Shown here: positions 19,593 through 28,631 of the stretch, piece by piece
Layout of the letters: the number at the start of each line of letters is the position of its first letter
How positions within the stretch are numbered: the stretch's first letter is position 1
Assembly (NCBI GenBank): GCA_965204745.1
Contig: OZ242010.1
Location: 2,016,001-2,080,000, forward strand
Length of the DNA stretch: 64,000 bases
Source: Candidatus Latescibacterota bacterium
GTDB taxonomy: Bacteria; Latescibacterota; UBA2968
Direction: 5' to 3'
Made by a program: the position numbers and the translations under genes
Notes under the pieces: model-generated
The model's database searches: none
Seen by the model: the letters and a program-made list of their open reading frames with translations, nothing else
Told to the model about the DNA's origin: nothing

Positions 19593-22500
19593 CGCTTAAC
19601 AGAGACAGAGTCAAACAACACCTGAAGAATTGCGATCTCCAGCCGCTCTTTATTGAGGAACTCGGCTGGGACCACGGCGGATCGGATATCGCAGTCGCAG
19701 GCGAGACTTACGCGCTCGAGGCCATCGCCCATAAGCGCGGTATGGTTGCCTATCAATACGTGGCGGATTCGGCCGGGGCCTTGCCCGACTATCCGACGCG
19801 GCAGAAGATCGAGCGGGATGTCGGCAAGACGGTGCGCGAACACCTCATCATCTACGCCGATGCTGACGCGCAGTACTGGCACTGGGTCAAGCGCGAGCCG
19901 GGGTGGCCGGATCGGTCTCGACACCATATTTATCGCCAGGGGCAAGCGGGCGAATCCCTGATTCAAAAATTGGAGCAAATCATGGTCGCGCTGGAGGAAG
20001 AGGAAGATCTCACCCTTGTCGATGTGACGAGCCGAGTGCGTGCGGCTTTCGATGTGGAGAAAGTCACCAAGCGATTCTATGACCGCTTCAAGAAAGAGCA
20101 CAGCGCGTTTCTGACTTTTATCGAGGGGATCGAGAACGCAACCGACCGCGAGTGGTACGCCTCGCTGATGCTGAACCGAATGATGTTCATTTACTTCATC
20201 CAAAAGCGGGGTTTTCTCGACGGAAATCCGGATTATCTGCGCGACCGGTTGGAACGGGTGCGCCAGCAACAGGGCGAGGGCAACTTTCTCGGTTTCTACC
20301 GGCTGTTCCTGTTGCGGCTGTTTCACGAGGGCCTGGGTCAACCCGAAGCCGACCGTGCGCCCGAATTGGCGGCCCTGCTCGGCAAAGTCCCGTATCTCAA
20401 TGGCGGCTTGTTCGAGGTGCATGATCTGGAGCGGGCCAACCCGCAGATTCACATTCCCGACGAGGCGTTTGAACAAATTTTCGCGTTTTTCGACGCGTAC
20501 CAATGGCATCTCGACGACCGCCCGCTCCGCAACGACAACGAGATCAACCCCGACGTGCTCGGGTACATTTTCGAGAAGTACATCAACCAGAAGCAGATGG
20601 GGGCTTACTATACGAAAGAGGACATCACCGGCTACATCAGCCGCAATACCATCATCCCATTTTTGTTCGACCGGGCGAAAAAGGCATGCGCCATCGCGTT
20701 CGCGCCAAAGGGCTGGGTGTGGCGGTTGCTGTCGGACGACCCGGATCGGTATTTCCACGAAGCGGTGCGCCACGGCATCACCTACGACATGGACAACAAA
20801 GTGGAACTCGCCGAAAAACGCGACCTGCCGAATGAGATCGCCGCTGGTCTGGACGACGTCGCCAAGCGCGATGGCTGGAACCAAGCGGCCCCACCGGAGT
20901 ATGCCCTGCCGACTGAAACGTGGCGCGAGCACATTGCCCGTCGCCAACGCTATGAGGACATCCACGCCAAACTCGCCGCCGGTGAAATCGCGTCGATCAA
21001 CGACCTGATCACGTACAATTTGGACATCGAGCGATTCGCCCAAGACGTCATCGCGAGCAGCGAGGGGCCGGAACTGATCCGCGCTTTTTGGAAGGCGATC
21101 AATGCGGTATCTGTCCTCGATCCGACCTGCGGCTCGGGCGCGTTCTTGTTCGCCGCGCTCAACATTTTGGAGCCGCTCTACGTCGCCTGCTTGGAGGCCA
21201 TGCGCGGGTTCTTGGACGACTTGGAGAGATCGCACCACAAGCACCGTCCCGAGAGACTGCGCGATTTTCGCCAAGTGTTGCAACGGGTTGATGAGCACGC
21301 CAGCGAACGCTATTTCATCCTCAAGTCGATCATCATCGACAATCTTTACGGCGTGGATATCATGGAGGAGGCGGTGGAAATCTGCAAACTGCGCCTGTTC
21401 CTCAAACTCGTCGCGCAGTTGGCTACTTACGAGCAGATCGAGCCGTTGCCCGACATCGACTTCAACATCCGCGCCGGGAACACGCTCGTCGGCTTCACGT
21501 CGCTCGCGCAAGTGAAGGAAGCATTGAGCAGCGACCTGATCAAGCGACTGTCGCTTCCCCAGATTGAGGAAAGCGCCGAGATCGCGGACCGGGCGTTTCG
21601 GCAGTTCCGCACCATGCAGACCCAACACGGCTTGGACGCCAGCGCGTTCACCAGCGCGAAGTCGCAACTGCGAAAACGCCTCACCGATCTGCGCGATGAG
21701 TTGGACGAGTACTTGGCCGGCGAATACGGCGTCAAGCCCAGCGACGGAACAGCATATCAACACTGGCGCGACAGGCACCAGCCGTTTCACTGGTTCGTGG
21801 AGTTCTACGGCATCATGCACAAAGGTGGGTTTGACGTGATCATCGGCAACCCGCCGTATGTCTCGTCCAGAAAAGTGCGGAAATTTTATGCTGTGAAGAA
21901 CTCGGTCTGCGATAAATGCCCTGACATTTATGCTTGGGTATTAGAGCGTAGCCAGGCTTTACTCCGGATGCGTGGTCGAACCGGCATGATCGTACCGCTC
22001 AGTCTCGGCTTCAGTTCCGCTTTTGATTCATGCCGCCGCCTTCTATTTTCGGGATACAGCGACAACTGGTTTTCATCCTTTGGTCGCATTCCGTCCGCTT
22101 TGTTCAGTTTTAATGTGCGGGTGCGAAACACCATTCACCTCGCGCTCAAGTCAAAAGGACCGACAAGCACTCTGACGACGCGATTGCACCGCTGGTTCCG
22201 TGCTGCACGTCCGACACTCTTTCAAGAACTGGAATACGTACCATTTCAACCAGAGGTTTGGAAATATAGGATACCAAAACTGAACAGTGCCGCGCTTGCT
22301 AAGGCTTTCGAGCGACTTCTCGCTTCACAGAAACACACGCTTGAAGCCGCAATTTCGCCCCGTGTGAAAGAGCACGTATTACATTTTAAGAAAACGGCTT
22401 ACAACTGGCTAAATTACTGTCGTGAGATGCCACCTTGTTACAACGACAAAGGACAACCCATTCCACATACGAAGTTCGGTCAGCTATATTTTGAAAATTT

Positions 22501-22891
22501 CGAAACGTGCCAACTTGCGATGTTGCTTGCAAATGGAAAGATCATGCTGACTTTTTGGTTTGTCATTGGTGACGACTTCGACGTGACGCGCCGGGTCTTT
22601 GCCGATTTTCCAGTTGACTTCAAGCGGTTCCCCAGAGAACGGACATTTGATCTTCTCGAAGTCGTTCCATCATTGGAATCCGCAATGGCACAGGCTACCC
22701 AATTCAAATTGAATGCCACCAAAATGGTCGGCAACTACAATCTTGCTAAGTGTCGAAAGATTACTGATTTAAGCGATAAAATTTTTTGTCGAGCACTGGA
22801 AATAGAAGATGTGTGGGAAGATATTGAGCTTTATTGTGCCCAAACAGTACGAACGGATTTTCATTCAGATGACGAGGAGAATAAGGGATGA
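19589..22891 (+). CDS. Eco57I-like N6-adenine DNA methyltransferase with target recognition domain
   Basis: YLNGGLF, GAYYT, DPTCGSGAF, GNPPY. Confidence 0.92.
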   Translation: MTLNRDRVKQHLKNCDLQPLFIEELGWDHGGSDIAVAGETYALEAIAHKRGMVAYQYVADSAGALPDYPTRQKIERDVGKTVREHLIIYADADAQYWHWVKREPGWPDRSRHHIYRQGQAGESLIQKLEQIMVALEEEEDLTLVDVTSRVRAAFDVEKVTKRFYDRFKKEHSAFLTFIEGIENATDREWYASLMLNRMMFIYFIQKRGFLDGNPDYLRDRLERVRQQQGEGNFLGFYRLFLLRLFHEGLGQPEADRAPELAALLGKVPYLNGGLFEVHDLERANPQIHIPDEAFEQIFAFFDAYQWHLDDRPLRNDNEINPDVLGYIFEKYINQKQMGAYYTKEDITGYISRNTIIPFLFDRAKKACAIAFAPKGWVWRLLSDDPDRYFHEAVRHGITYDMDNKVELAEKRDLPNEIAAGLDDVAKRDGWNQAAPPEYALPTETWREHIARRQRYEDIHAKLAAGEIASINDLITYNLDIERFAQDVIASSEGPELIRAFWKAINAVSVLDPTCGSGAFLFAALNILEPLYVACLEAMRGFLDDLERSHHKHRPERLRDFRQVLQRVDEHASERYFILKSIIIDNLYGVDIMEEAVEICKLRLFLKLVAQLATYEQIEPLPDIDFNIRAGNTLVGFTSLAQVKEALSSDLIKRLSLPQIEESAEIADRAFRQFRTMQTQHGLDASAFTSAKSQLRKRLTDLRDELDEYLAGEYGVKPSDGTAYQHWRDRHQPFHWFVEFYGIMHKGGFDVIIGNPPYVSSRKVRKFYAVKNSVCDKCPDIYAWVLERSQALLRMRGRTGMIVPLSLGFSSAFDSCRRLLFSGYSDNWFSSFGRIPSALFSFNVRVRNTIHLALKSKGPTSTLTTRLHRWFRAARPTLFQELEYVPFQPEVWKYRIPKLNSAALAKAFERLLASQKHTLEAAISPRVKEHVLHFKKTAYNWLNYCREMPPCYNDKGQPIPHTKFGQLYFENFETCQLAMLLANGKIMLTFWFVIGDDFDVTRRVFADFPVDFKRFPRERTFDLLEVVPSLESAMAQATQFKLNATKMVGNYNLAKCRKITDLSDKIFCRALEIEDVWEDIELYCAQTVRTDFHSDDEENKG

Positions 22892-24012
22892 GCGTTGAAC
22901 ACAACTTCATGGCCCATGAAGTATCCTCGACCCTGCTTCACCAGTTGAGAAGTGGCGAAGCTACCGCGTGGGCTACGCCAAGGTTATCGACAAAATCGAC
23001 GCTTTGGCAAGGGATCGCAGACTGGCCAAGGCCCGACATTGCGTTTGAGGATAGTACGAATAACTCGTCGTTCGCCATAGAGTTCAAACCACCCAACCAA
23101 GTAAAGCGCGAATATGTAACGGGCCTTGGCCAAGCAATCACGTATCTTAGCGATTTTGAGTTCTCCGGACTCGTTGTGCCAAAACGCACTGCCGATGGGT
23201 TCGAGATTTCCAAGTATTTGAATAACATTCTCGACCAAGAGCTTGCGACGTTGTCCCTCGCGCTTTTTGAATACGACCAAGATATAAACAACCTCACTGT
23301 CCTGCGGCCGCTAACGCCTCGTGAACCACCTCCCTCACAAGTGCCCAAAGGAATCGGTCGTAAAGTCTTCTGGGGCTATTGGCGCGATTTGTCGAACTAC
23401 GATCTTTTTGAGTTGCTCCGGCTTTCTGACGAGATGGATGGTCAGGGTTTTGATAAAATTTTCCAGCGTTTCTGGACCGGATTTGCTACCAAAGGTACTG
23501 CCTTGACGTGGGAAGGAAAAACTCGAAAGGCAAAAATGCCGGACGCCAAAAGTTTCGGAGCAGAACGTCTGAACGCTCAACTGGCTATGCGCCATTCAGG
23601 ACTTTTGTCAGTGGACGGACGGCTGACAGCATCTGGTCATGATTTGCTTCGCATCGGAAAAATCTACTCTCCTGATAGTGTCGCTTTCTTGGAGATGCTT
23701 ACGTATTACATTTTAACGGACGGGCATCATCTCAATCTCATTTTTTGGATCGATGAGCAAAATCGAGCTATTGATGTTTGTGATAAGAATGACCGAAGCC
23801 GATACTTTGCCGCATTGGATAAGGCACTCGTCGAAATAGGCGTAATTGCACCGCGAAAGCACCACGCCAAGACGCATTTTATTCGCGACGAACCCAAGTT
23901 GTGGAATAAACTTGGACTCTTGGTCCGCGACGGTAATAGAAGGTACTTCCACAAGAGACATGGATTGCTTTTTGATTGGCGAAAAATCATATCTGTCACG
24001 AACAGTAGGTGA
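22888..24012 (+). CDS. Putative PD-(D/E)xK restriction endonuclease
   Basis: PDIAF..IEFK..GLGQAITY; ATGA overlap with MTase; lower GC. Confidence 0.65.
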   Translation: MSVEHNFMAHEVSSTLLHQLRSGEATAWATPRLSTKSTLWQGIADWPRPDIAFEDSTNNSSFAIEFKPPNQVKREYVTGLGQAITYLSDFEFSGLVVPKRTADGFEISKYLNNILDQELATLSLALFEYDQDINNLTVLRPLTPREPPPSQVPKGIGRKVFWGYWRDLSNYDLFELLRLSDEMDGQGFDKIFQRFWTGFATKGTALTWEGKTRKAKMPDAKSFGAERLNAQLAMRHSGLLSVDGRLTASGHDLLRIGKIYSPDSVAFLEMLTYYILTDGHHLNLIFWIDEQNRAIDVCDKNDRSRYFAALDKALVEIGVIAPRKHHAKTHFIRDEPKLWNKLGLLVRDGNRRYFHKRHGLLFDWRKIISVTNSR

Positions 24013-24127
24013 ACACCCTTGGAGATTTTTGTTTATTTTGTCGATTTTAGTATATTTTCGCCAACTGTTATTTATCCCATGCTAAATGAAGGGCTGACCT
24101 TATTAGGTCAATTCAAGGAGATAAACC

Positions 24128-24313
24128 ATGAGACTCAAGACCTCCCCACAGAGTCAGAAACCATCCTCACCGCCGAGGAGCCGAGTAGTCCAGGACGCGG
24201 TGAAGACAGCCATCCGGTTGTCGAAGGGGGATAAATCGCGCAAATGGGAAGCTGTTGCCCCTCGGGCAATCCCTCGCTGGCCTTCTCCTAAAAACGGCGA
24301 AAGCAGGGCGTAA
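24128..24313 (+). CDS. Small basic hypothetical protein (61 aa)
   Basis: AAGGAG SD well spaced from ATG; followed by a terminator-like hairpin. Confidence 0.5.
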   Translation: MRLKTSPQSQKPSSPPRSRVVQDAVKTAIRLSKGDKSRKWEAVAPRAIPRWPSPKNGESRA

Positions 24314-24336
24314 TTTGTATCTCGCGGCAATTTGAC

Positions 24337-24433
24337 AAAACCCCGTCTGGTCTATTCCATGGCGGGGTTTTTACACGGACCAAAAAAACGCGCTCCATTG
24401 ATGTGCGTTTGGGATGGCGTCACAATTTGGTCA
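24337..24433 (+). repeat. ~95 bp structured direct repeat, copy 1 (terminator-like hairpin + second hairpin)
   Basis: Near-identical to 25132-25225. Confidence 0.85.
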
Positions 24434-24445
24434 TTTTTGAATGCT

Positions 24446-25105
24446 ATGGATTTTGGGAATCACAGGTTGTTCAGGCCCGACGCTACGGGCTATCCGGCGG
24501 TGTTGCGCCGATGTACGGATGGTGGGCATCCGCCTGTTGTCACAGCGCAGGGCAGTCTCGGCGTATTGGCCGGAACGCTGATCGGGTTCTTTTGCTCTGT
24601 GCGTTGCCCGGGCGACATTATTCTCAAGACTTACGATCTGGCACGCGCACTCCGAAGGGCAGACGCGGGGATCATCGGCGGTTTTCAGGTCGCGATAGAG
24701 AAAGAGTTTTTAGACATTCTGCTACGGGGCACGGCGTCTGTTGTCATTTGCCCGGCGCGAGGGCTTAGTCGCCTGCGAATGCCGAAAAGCTGGCGGGATC
24801 CCCTCACCACGAAACGCATGCTCATCCTGTCCTTTTTTGCGGACCATATCCGTCGCCCAACCGCGGGCATCGCGGCCCGGCGCAATGCGTATGTCGCCAC
24901 ACTAGCTGACCGCATCCTCATCGCCCATGCCGAGCCGGGTAGCAAAACCGAGGGGCTATGCAAAGACGCGCTCGCCGCGGGCAAGCCGGTATTCGCTCTG
25001 GCTTCAGCGGACAACGCCCACCTCGTAGAACTCGGCGCCATCCCCATCCCGGCTGATAACCCCGAAACGCTTCTGTCACGACAAAAAAACGCTACATGTG
25101 GATAA
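24446..25105 (+). CDS. DprA/SLOG-family (short DNA-processing-like) protein
   Basis: GFFCSVRCPG, IGGFQ..IEKE, CPAR, RRNAYV, GSKT. Confidence 0.75.
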   Translation: MDFGNHRLFRPDATGYPAVLRRCTDGGHPPVVTAQGSLGVLAGTLIGFFCSVRCPGDIILKTYDLARALRRADAGIIGGFQVAIEKEFLDILLRGTASVVICPARGLSRLRMPKSWRDPLTTKRMLILSFFADHIRRPTAGIAARRNAYVATLADRILIAHAEPGSKTEGLCKDALAAGKPVFALASADNAHLVELGAIPIPADNPETLLSRQKNATCG

Positions 25106-25131
25106 GGAAGGCACCGTGCGCTAGCATACCC

Positions 25132-25225
25132 AACCCCGTCTGGTCATTCCATGGCGGGGTTTTTACACGGAAAAAAAAACGCGCCCCATTGTTGCGCGTT
25201 TTTGGATGGCGTCACAATTTGGTCA
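25132..25225 (+). repeat. ~95 bp structured direct repeat, copy 2
   Basis: Near-identical to 24337-24433. Confidence 0.85.
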
Positions 25226-25362
25226 ACTATATTTTCAAAATTCCGACATCTTGTCTCGCGCCTTGGACAAGGTGAACTGCCAATTCAAGGATGCGCTTGG
25301 CCTCCCGCTCTTGAATTAGTTTTAAGACAATTTCCGAAACCGCATAGCGAAAGGACAACTTC

Positions 25363-25590
25363 ATGTTTTTGCTGGCAAGTCTGCTCAAAATTTACGGCTA
25401 TATCATCATCGTGCGGGCGATCATCTCTTGGGTGAATCCCAATCCATACAACCCGCTCGTCAGACTGATACACGGCCTCACCGATCCCGTTCTCGAACCC
25501 ATCCGCCGCTTGTTGCCGGACATGGGCGGCTTGGACATTTCGCCCTTTGTCGCTCTTCTCATCATTTGGATTCTCATGTCCCTGATTTAG
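25363..25590 (+). CDS. yggT: YggT family membrane protein
   Basis: SWVNPNPYNP..TDPVLEPIRR..GGLDISP. Confidence 0.93.
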   Translation: MFLLASLLKIYGYIIIVRAIISWVNPNPYNPLVRLIHGLTDPVLEPIRRLLPDMGGLDISPFVALLIIWILMSLI

Positions 25591-25609
25591 AGGGAAGGAG
25601 ACTTGAACC

Positions 25610-26116
25610 ATGCGCTTTTTCAACACCACGGCCCCCGTGGTGGCTGAAGACCACGACTGCATCCCGCCACTGAAACGGCTGGACCTCGCGGGGATTCGCC
25701 GGCTCATCCGCGAGAAACGTTGCTTTATTTTGCACGCGCCCCGGCAGACGGGCAAGACCTCTGCCCTGTTGGCCCTGCGCGATCTGCTCATAGTCTGGTC
25801 GCAGGGCGAGATGCAAACATTGCTCGCACAACACACCGAGGAGGCTGGGCAGGTGTTCAATCCCGCCGCACTGGAGACGATTTGGACGCAACCCCAAGGC
25901 CAGCCGTGGCTCGTCAATGCGCTGGCGTACGAAGCCTGCTTGCAGACCATTGCCGAGGGTTTGGCGCAGACTGCGGATTACGTGGATCGTTGCGATGCAG
26001 AGGCGGGGCATTTGGCGATCTTTGATCGACGCGAGGACCGGCAGTGGAGAGACGAGATCTTTCAAGGACGCCGTGCGGCGGGCAGTGGGATCGAGATCGA
26101 CGGTTGGGGCATGTGA
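25610..26116 (+). pseudogene. Internally deleted AAA ATPase / nuclease-like gene
   Basis: MRFFNT, APRQTGKT Walker A, GQPWLVNAL and terminal WGM compressed into 168 aa; no Walker B. Confidence 0.7.
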
Positions 26117-27327
26117 TGGAGGCAACAGAACCGCGATCCCCGAGGTCTCGCATCCTCATTCCGGTTTTGCTCACCGGGTTGTCTGGCCTGCCGCCGTTGT
26201 CTATCGACATGTTCTTGCCCTCGATGCCGGCGATGGTCGAGGAGTTCCAAACCCATCCCACCGGTATCCAGCCCGCTGTCACCTCGTTTTTGATGGCTCT
26301 GGGCGCGGCGCAACTCGTGTTTGGCCCGCTGTCTGACCGATTTGGTCGCCGCCCCATTTTGCTCATTGGCTTGGCCTGTTACGCGCTTGCGGGCCTAGGC
26401 TGTTTGTTCGCACCCACGGTGGGCGCGCTCATCGTGGCGCGTGTGGTGCAGGGATTTGCCGGGGGCAGCGGGCCTTCGGTGAGCCGCGCTGTGGTGCGCG
26501 ACATATACGGCAAAGCCCACGCGGCCAGAATGATGGCTTATATGGCGACTGCGATTGCGCTGGCACCCATTCTCGCGCCGGTGATCGGCGGATTTTTGCA
26601 GGCCCATTTTGGATGGCAATCCGTCTTTGTCGTATTGAGTGCTTTGGGCGGGTTGTTTTTTATCGGCTATTTGTGGGCCGTGCCCGAGACCAATCAGATG
26701 ATCGATTCCACGGCCCTCAATCCCGCACGCATGGGCGCGAATTACCGCGACCTCTTGGGCAACCGCCAGTACCTGGGATACACGATGATGGTCGCCATTT
26801 TGTTTTGGGGCATGTTCGCGTTTATCGCCAATTCGTCATTTGTGCTGATTACCGAGTTGGGCGTTTCGCCCCAAGGCTATGGCTTTTGTTTTGGCGCGGT
26901 CGCCGTGGGACTTATGATCGGCGCGTTTTTGTCTGCCCGCCTCGGCGACCGGTTCGGCAGTGCGCGCGTCATTCAGGTCGGTAGCCTGATCGCTGCGGGC
27001 GCGGGTTTGCTGATGATGGGCCTCAAATTGGCCGGGGTATTTTCTGTCTTGAGCATTGTCGCACCGATGTGTTTGTTCACCATAGGCGGCGGGATGGTGC
27101 GTCCGCAAGCGATGGCCGGCGCGATTGTGCCCTATCCGGAAAAAGCCGGGCTCGCGTCTGCGCTGATGGGATTTCTGCAAATGAGCACAGCGGGATTGTT
27201 CGTCACCTTTTTTGGCGAGTTGTTCAGCGCGTCCTCTGTGCCGATGGTCGTCGCCATCGCCAGCGCGGGTATCCTCGCCCTGCTCGTGCGCCGCGTCCTG
27301 TTGCCCTTTCGAGAGGGGAGAAGTTAA
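26116..27327 (+). CDS. Bcr/CflA family MFS efflux transporter
   Basis: IDMFLPS, GPLSDRFGRRP, RAVVRD, PET; many TM helices. Confidence 0.93.
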   Translation: MEATEPRSPRSRILIPVLLTGLSGLPPLSIDMFLPSMPAMVEEFQTHPTGIQPAVTSFLMALGAAQLVFGPLSDRFGRRPILLIGLACYALAGLGCLFAPTVGALIVARVVQGFAGGSGPSVSRAVVRDIYGKAHAARMMAYMATAIALAPILAPVIGGFLQAHFGWQSVFVVLSALGGLFFIGYLWAVPETNQMIDSTALNPARMGANYRDLLGNRQYLGYTMMVAILFWGMFAFIANSSFVLITELGVSPQGYGFCFGAVAVGLMIGAFLSARLGDRFGSARVIQVGSLIAAGAGLLMMGLKLAGVFSVLSIVAPMCLFTIGGGMVRPQAMAGAIVPYPEKAGLASALMGFLQMSTAGLFVTFFGELFSASSVPMVVAIASAGILALLVRRVLLPFREGRS

Positions 27328-27329
27328 AG

Positions 27330-28592
27330 ATGCCTGCGTTAGCGGAGGTCTATTCGGTGATCCCGGAAAATTTTGGTTTTGATGCGCGGAAGATCAACCG
27401 CGCCGAGCGAGTTTTACAACGCCATGTGTCGATGCGGACCACGCCCGGCGCCGTGGGGCTCGCGTTGCGCCGCAAGGGCGTTGTCGCATGTTGGGCCGTG
27501 GGGCGTCATACTTATCAGGCGGATGCCGCGCCCGTGCAAGTCCATACCCTGTACGACTTGGCTTCTGTCACCAAGGTCGTCGCCACGACAACGCTTTGTA
27601 TGTTGTTCGCGGATGAAGGCCGTCTCGATCTCGCCGCGCCCGTGCAGTCCTATCTGCCTGATTTTGTGGGAAAGAATAAGGATCGCGTTACCGTTCGGCA
27701 TCTGCTCGCGCATTGCAGTGGCCTGCCCGCGCATGTGCATCTTTACAAAGGGGAGAGGGGAGAGGTAAGAGGTAAGAGGGGAGAGGTAAGAGGGGAGAGG
27801 CAAGAGGGGAGAGGGGAGAGAGAGGTAAGAGGCGAGAGGCAAGAGGCAAGAGGGGAGAGAGAGGCAAGAGGCAAGAGGGGAGAGGAGAAAGGAGAGAGGG
27901 CACTGTGGCCCGCCCGACAGCGGGAGGCGCTGTTCGATGTGGCGTGTCGGTTGCCTTTGGTTTATGAACCGGGGACGGGGACCGCGTATAGCGATATGGG
28001 CTTCCTCGTTTTGGGCAAGGTGTTGGAGACTATCGGCGAGGGGCGGTTGGATGTGCTCGCCAAACAGCGCGTTTTTGAGCCGCTCGCAATGCGCGACACC
28101 TTGTACTGTCCATCTCCCGATCTCCTGCATCGCATTCCCCCCACCGAGCGCGGCACCCATTTGCGCGATGGCCTCGTACACGGCGAAGTCCACGATGAAA
28201 ACGCCGCGGCAATGGGCGGTATCGCATCCCATGCGGGCCTGTTTTCCACAACGAGAGATCTGGCGAAGTTCCTGCGCGCATGGCTCGGCGCGGGCATTTT
28301 TCCCGAGCGGGGCATCCGCCAATTCACCACGCGGGCGAATATCGCGCCCAAAAGCACATGGGCACTCGGCTGGGACACGGTCTCACCCGGCATCAGTTCG
28401 AGCGGACGCCATTTTAGCGAACGAGCCTTCGGCGCCCTCGGATTCACCGGCACATCCGTTTGGGCAGACCCGATCCGCGACCTCGGCGTCGTCCTGCTCA
28501 CCAACCGCGTTCACCCCACGCGCGAGAACGCGCAAATCAAACACCTCCGCCCAGAATTTCACGACGCGATATCCGAAGCCCTGATCGAATAA
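27330..28592 (+). CDS. Serine hydrolase (class C beta-lactamase-like) with in-frame low-complexity insertion
   Basis: SVTK, HLLAHCSGL, YSD, HAGLFS, GFTGT, LTNRVHP. Confidence 0.9.
   Translation: MPALAEVYSVIPENFGFDARKINRAERVLQRHVSMRTTPGAVGLALRRKGVVACWAVGRHTYQADAAPVQVHTLYDLASVTKVVATTTLCMLFADEGRLDLAAPVQSYLPDFVGKNKDRVTVRHLLAHCSGLPAHVHLYKGERGEVRGKRGEVRGERQEGRGEREVRGERQEARGEREARGKRGEEKGERALWPARQREALFDVACRLPLVYEPGTGTAYSDMGFLVLGKVLETIGEGRLDVLAKQRVFEPLAMRDTLYCPSPDLLHRIPPTERGTHLRDGLVHGEVHDENAAAMGGIASHAGLFSTTRDLAKFLRAWLGAGIFPERGIRQFTTRANIAPKSTWALGWDTVSPGISSSGRHFSERAFGALGFTGTSVWADPIRDLGVVLLTNRVHPTRENAQIKHLRPEFHDAISEALIE
27750..27899 (+). repeat. Purine-rich heptamer tandem array inside a CDS
   Basis: GAGGTAA/GAGGCAA/GAGGGGA units over 150 nt (50 codons). 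Confidence 0.9.
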
Positions 28593-28631
28593 TGGACATT
28601 CCGCAACAACGCCTTTTTCGCGTCCATCCGT

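Noticed and set aside
19415-21820. 801 aa antisense ORF (likewise 7952-9301, 28926-30545, 51976-54375)
   Set aside because: Shadow frames opposite well-supported GC-rich genes; no motifs.
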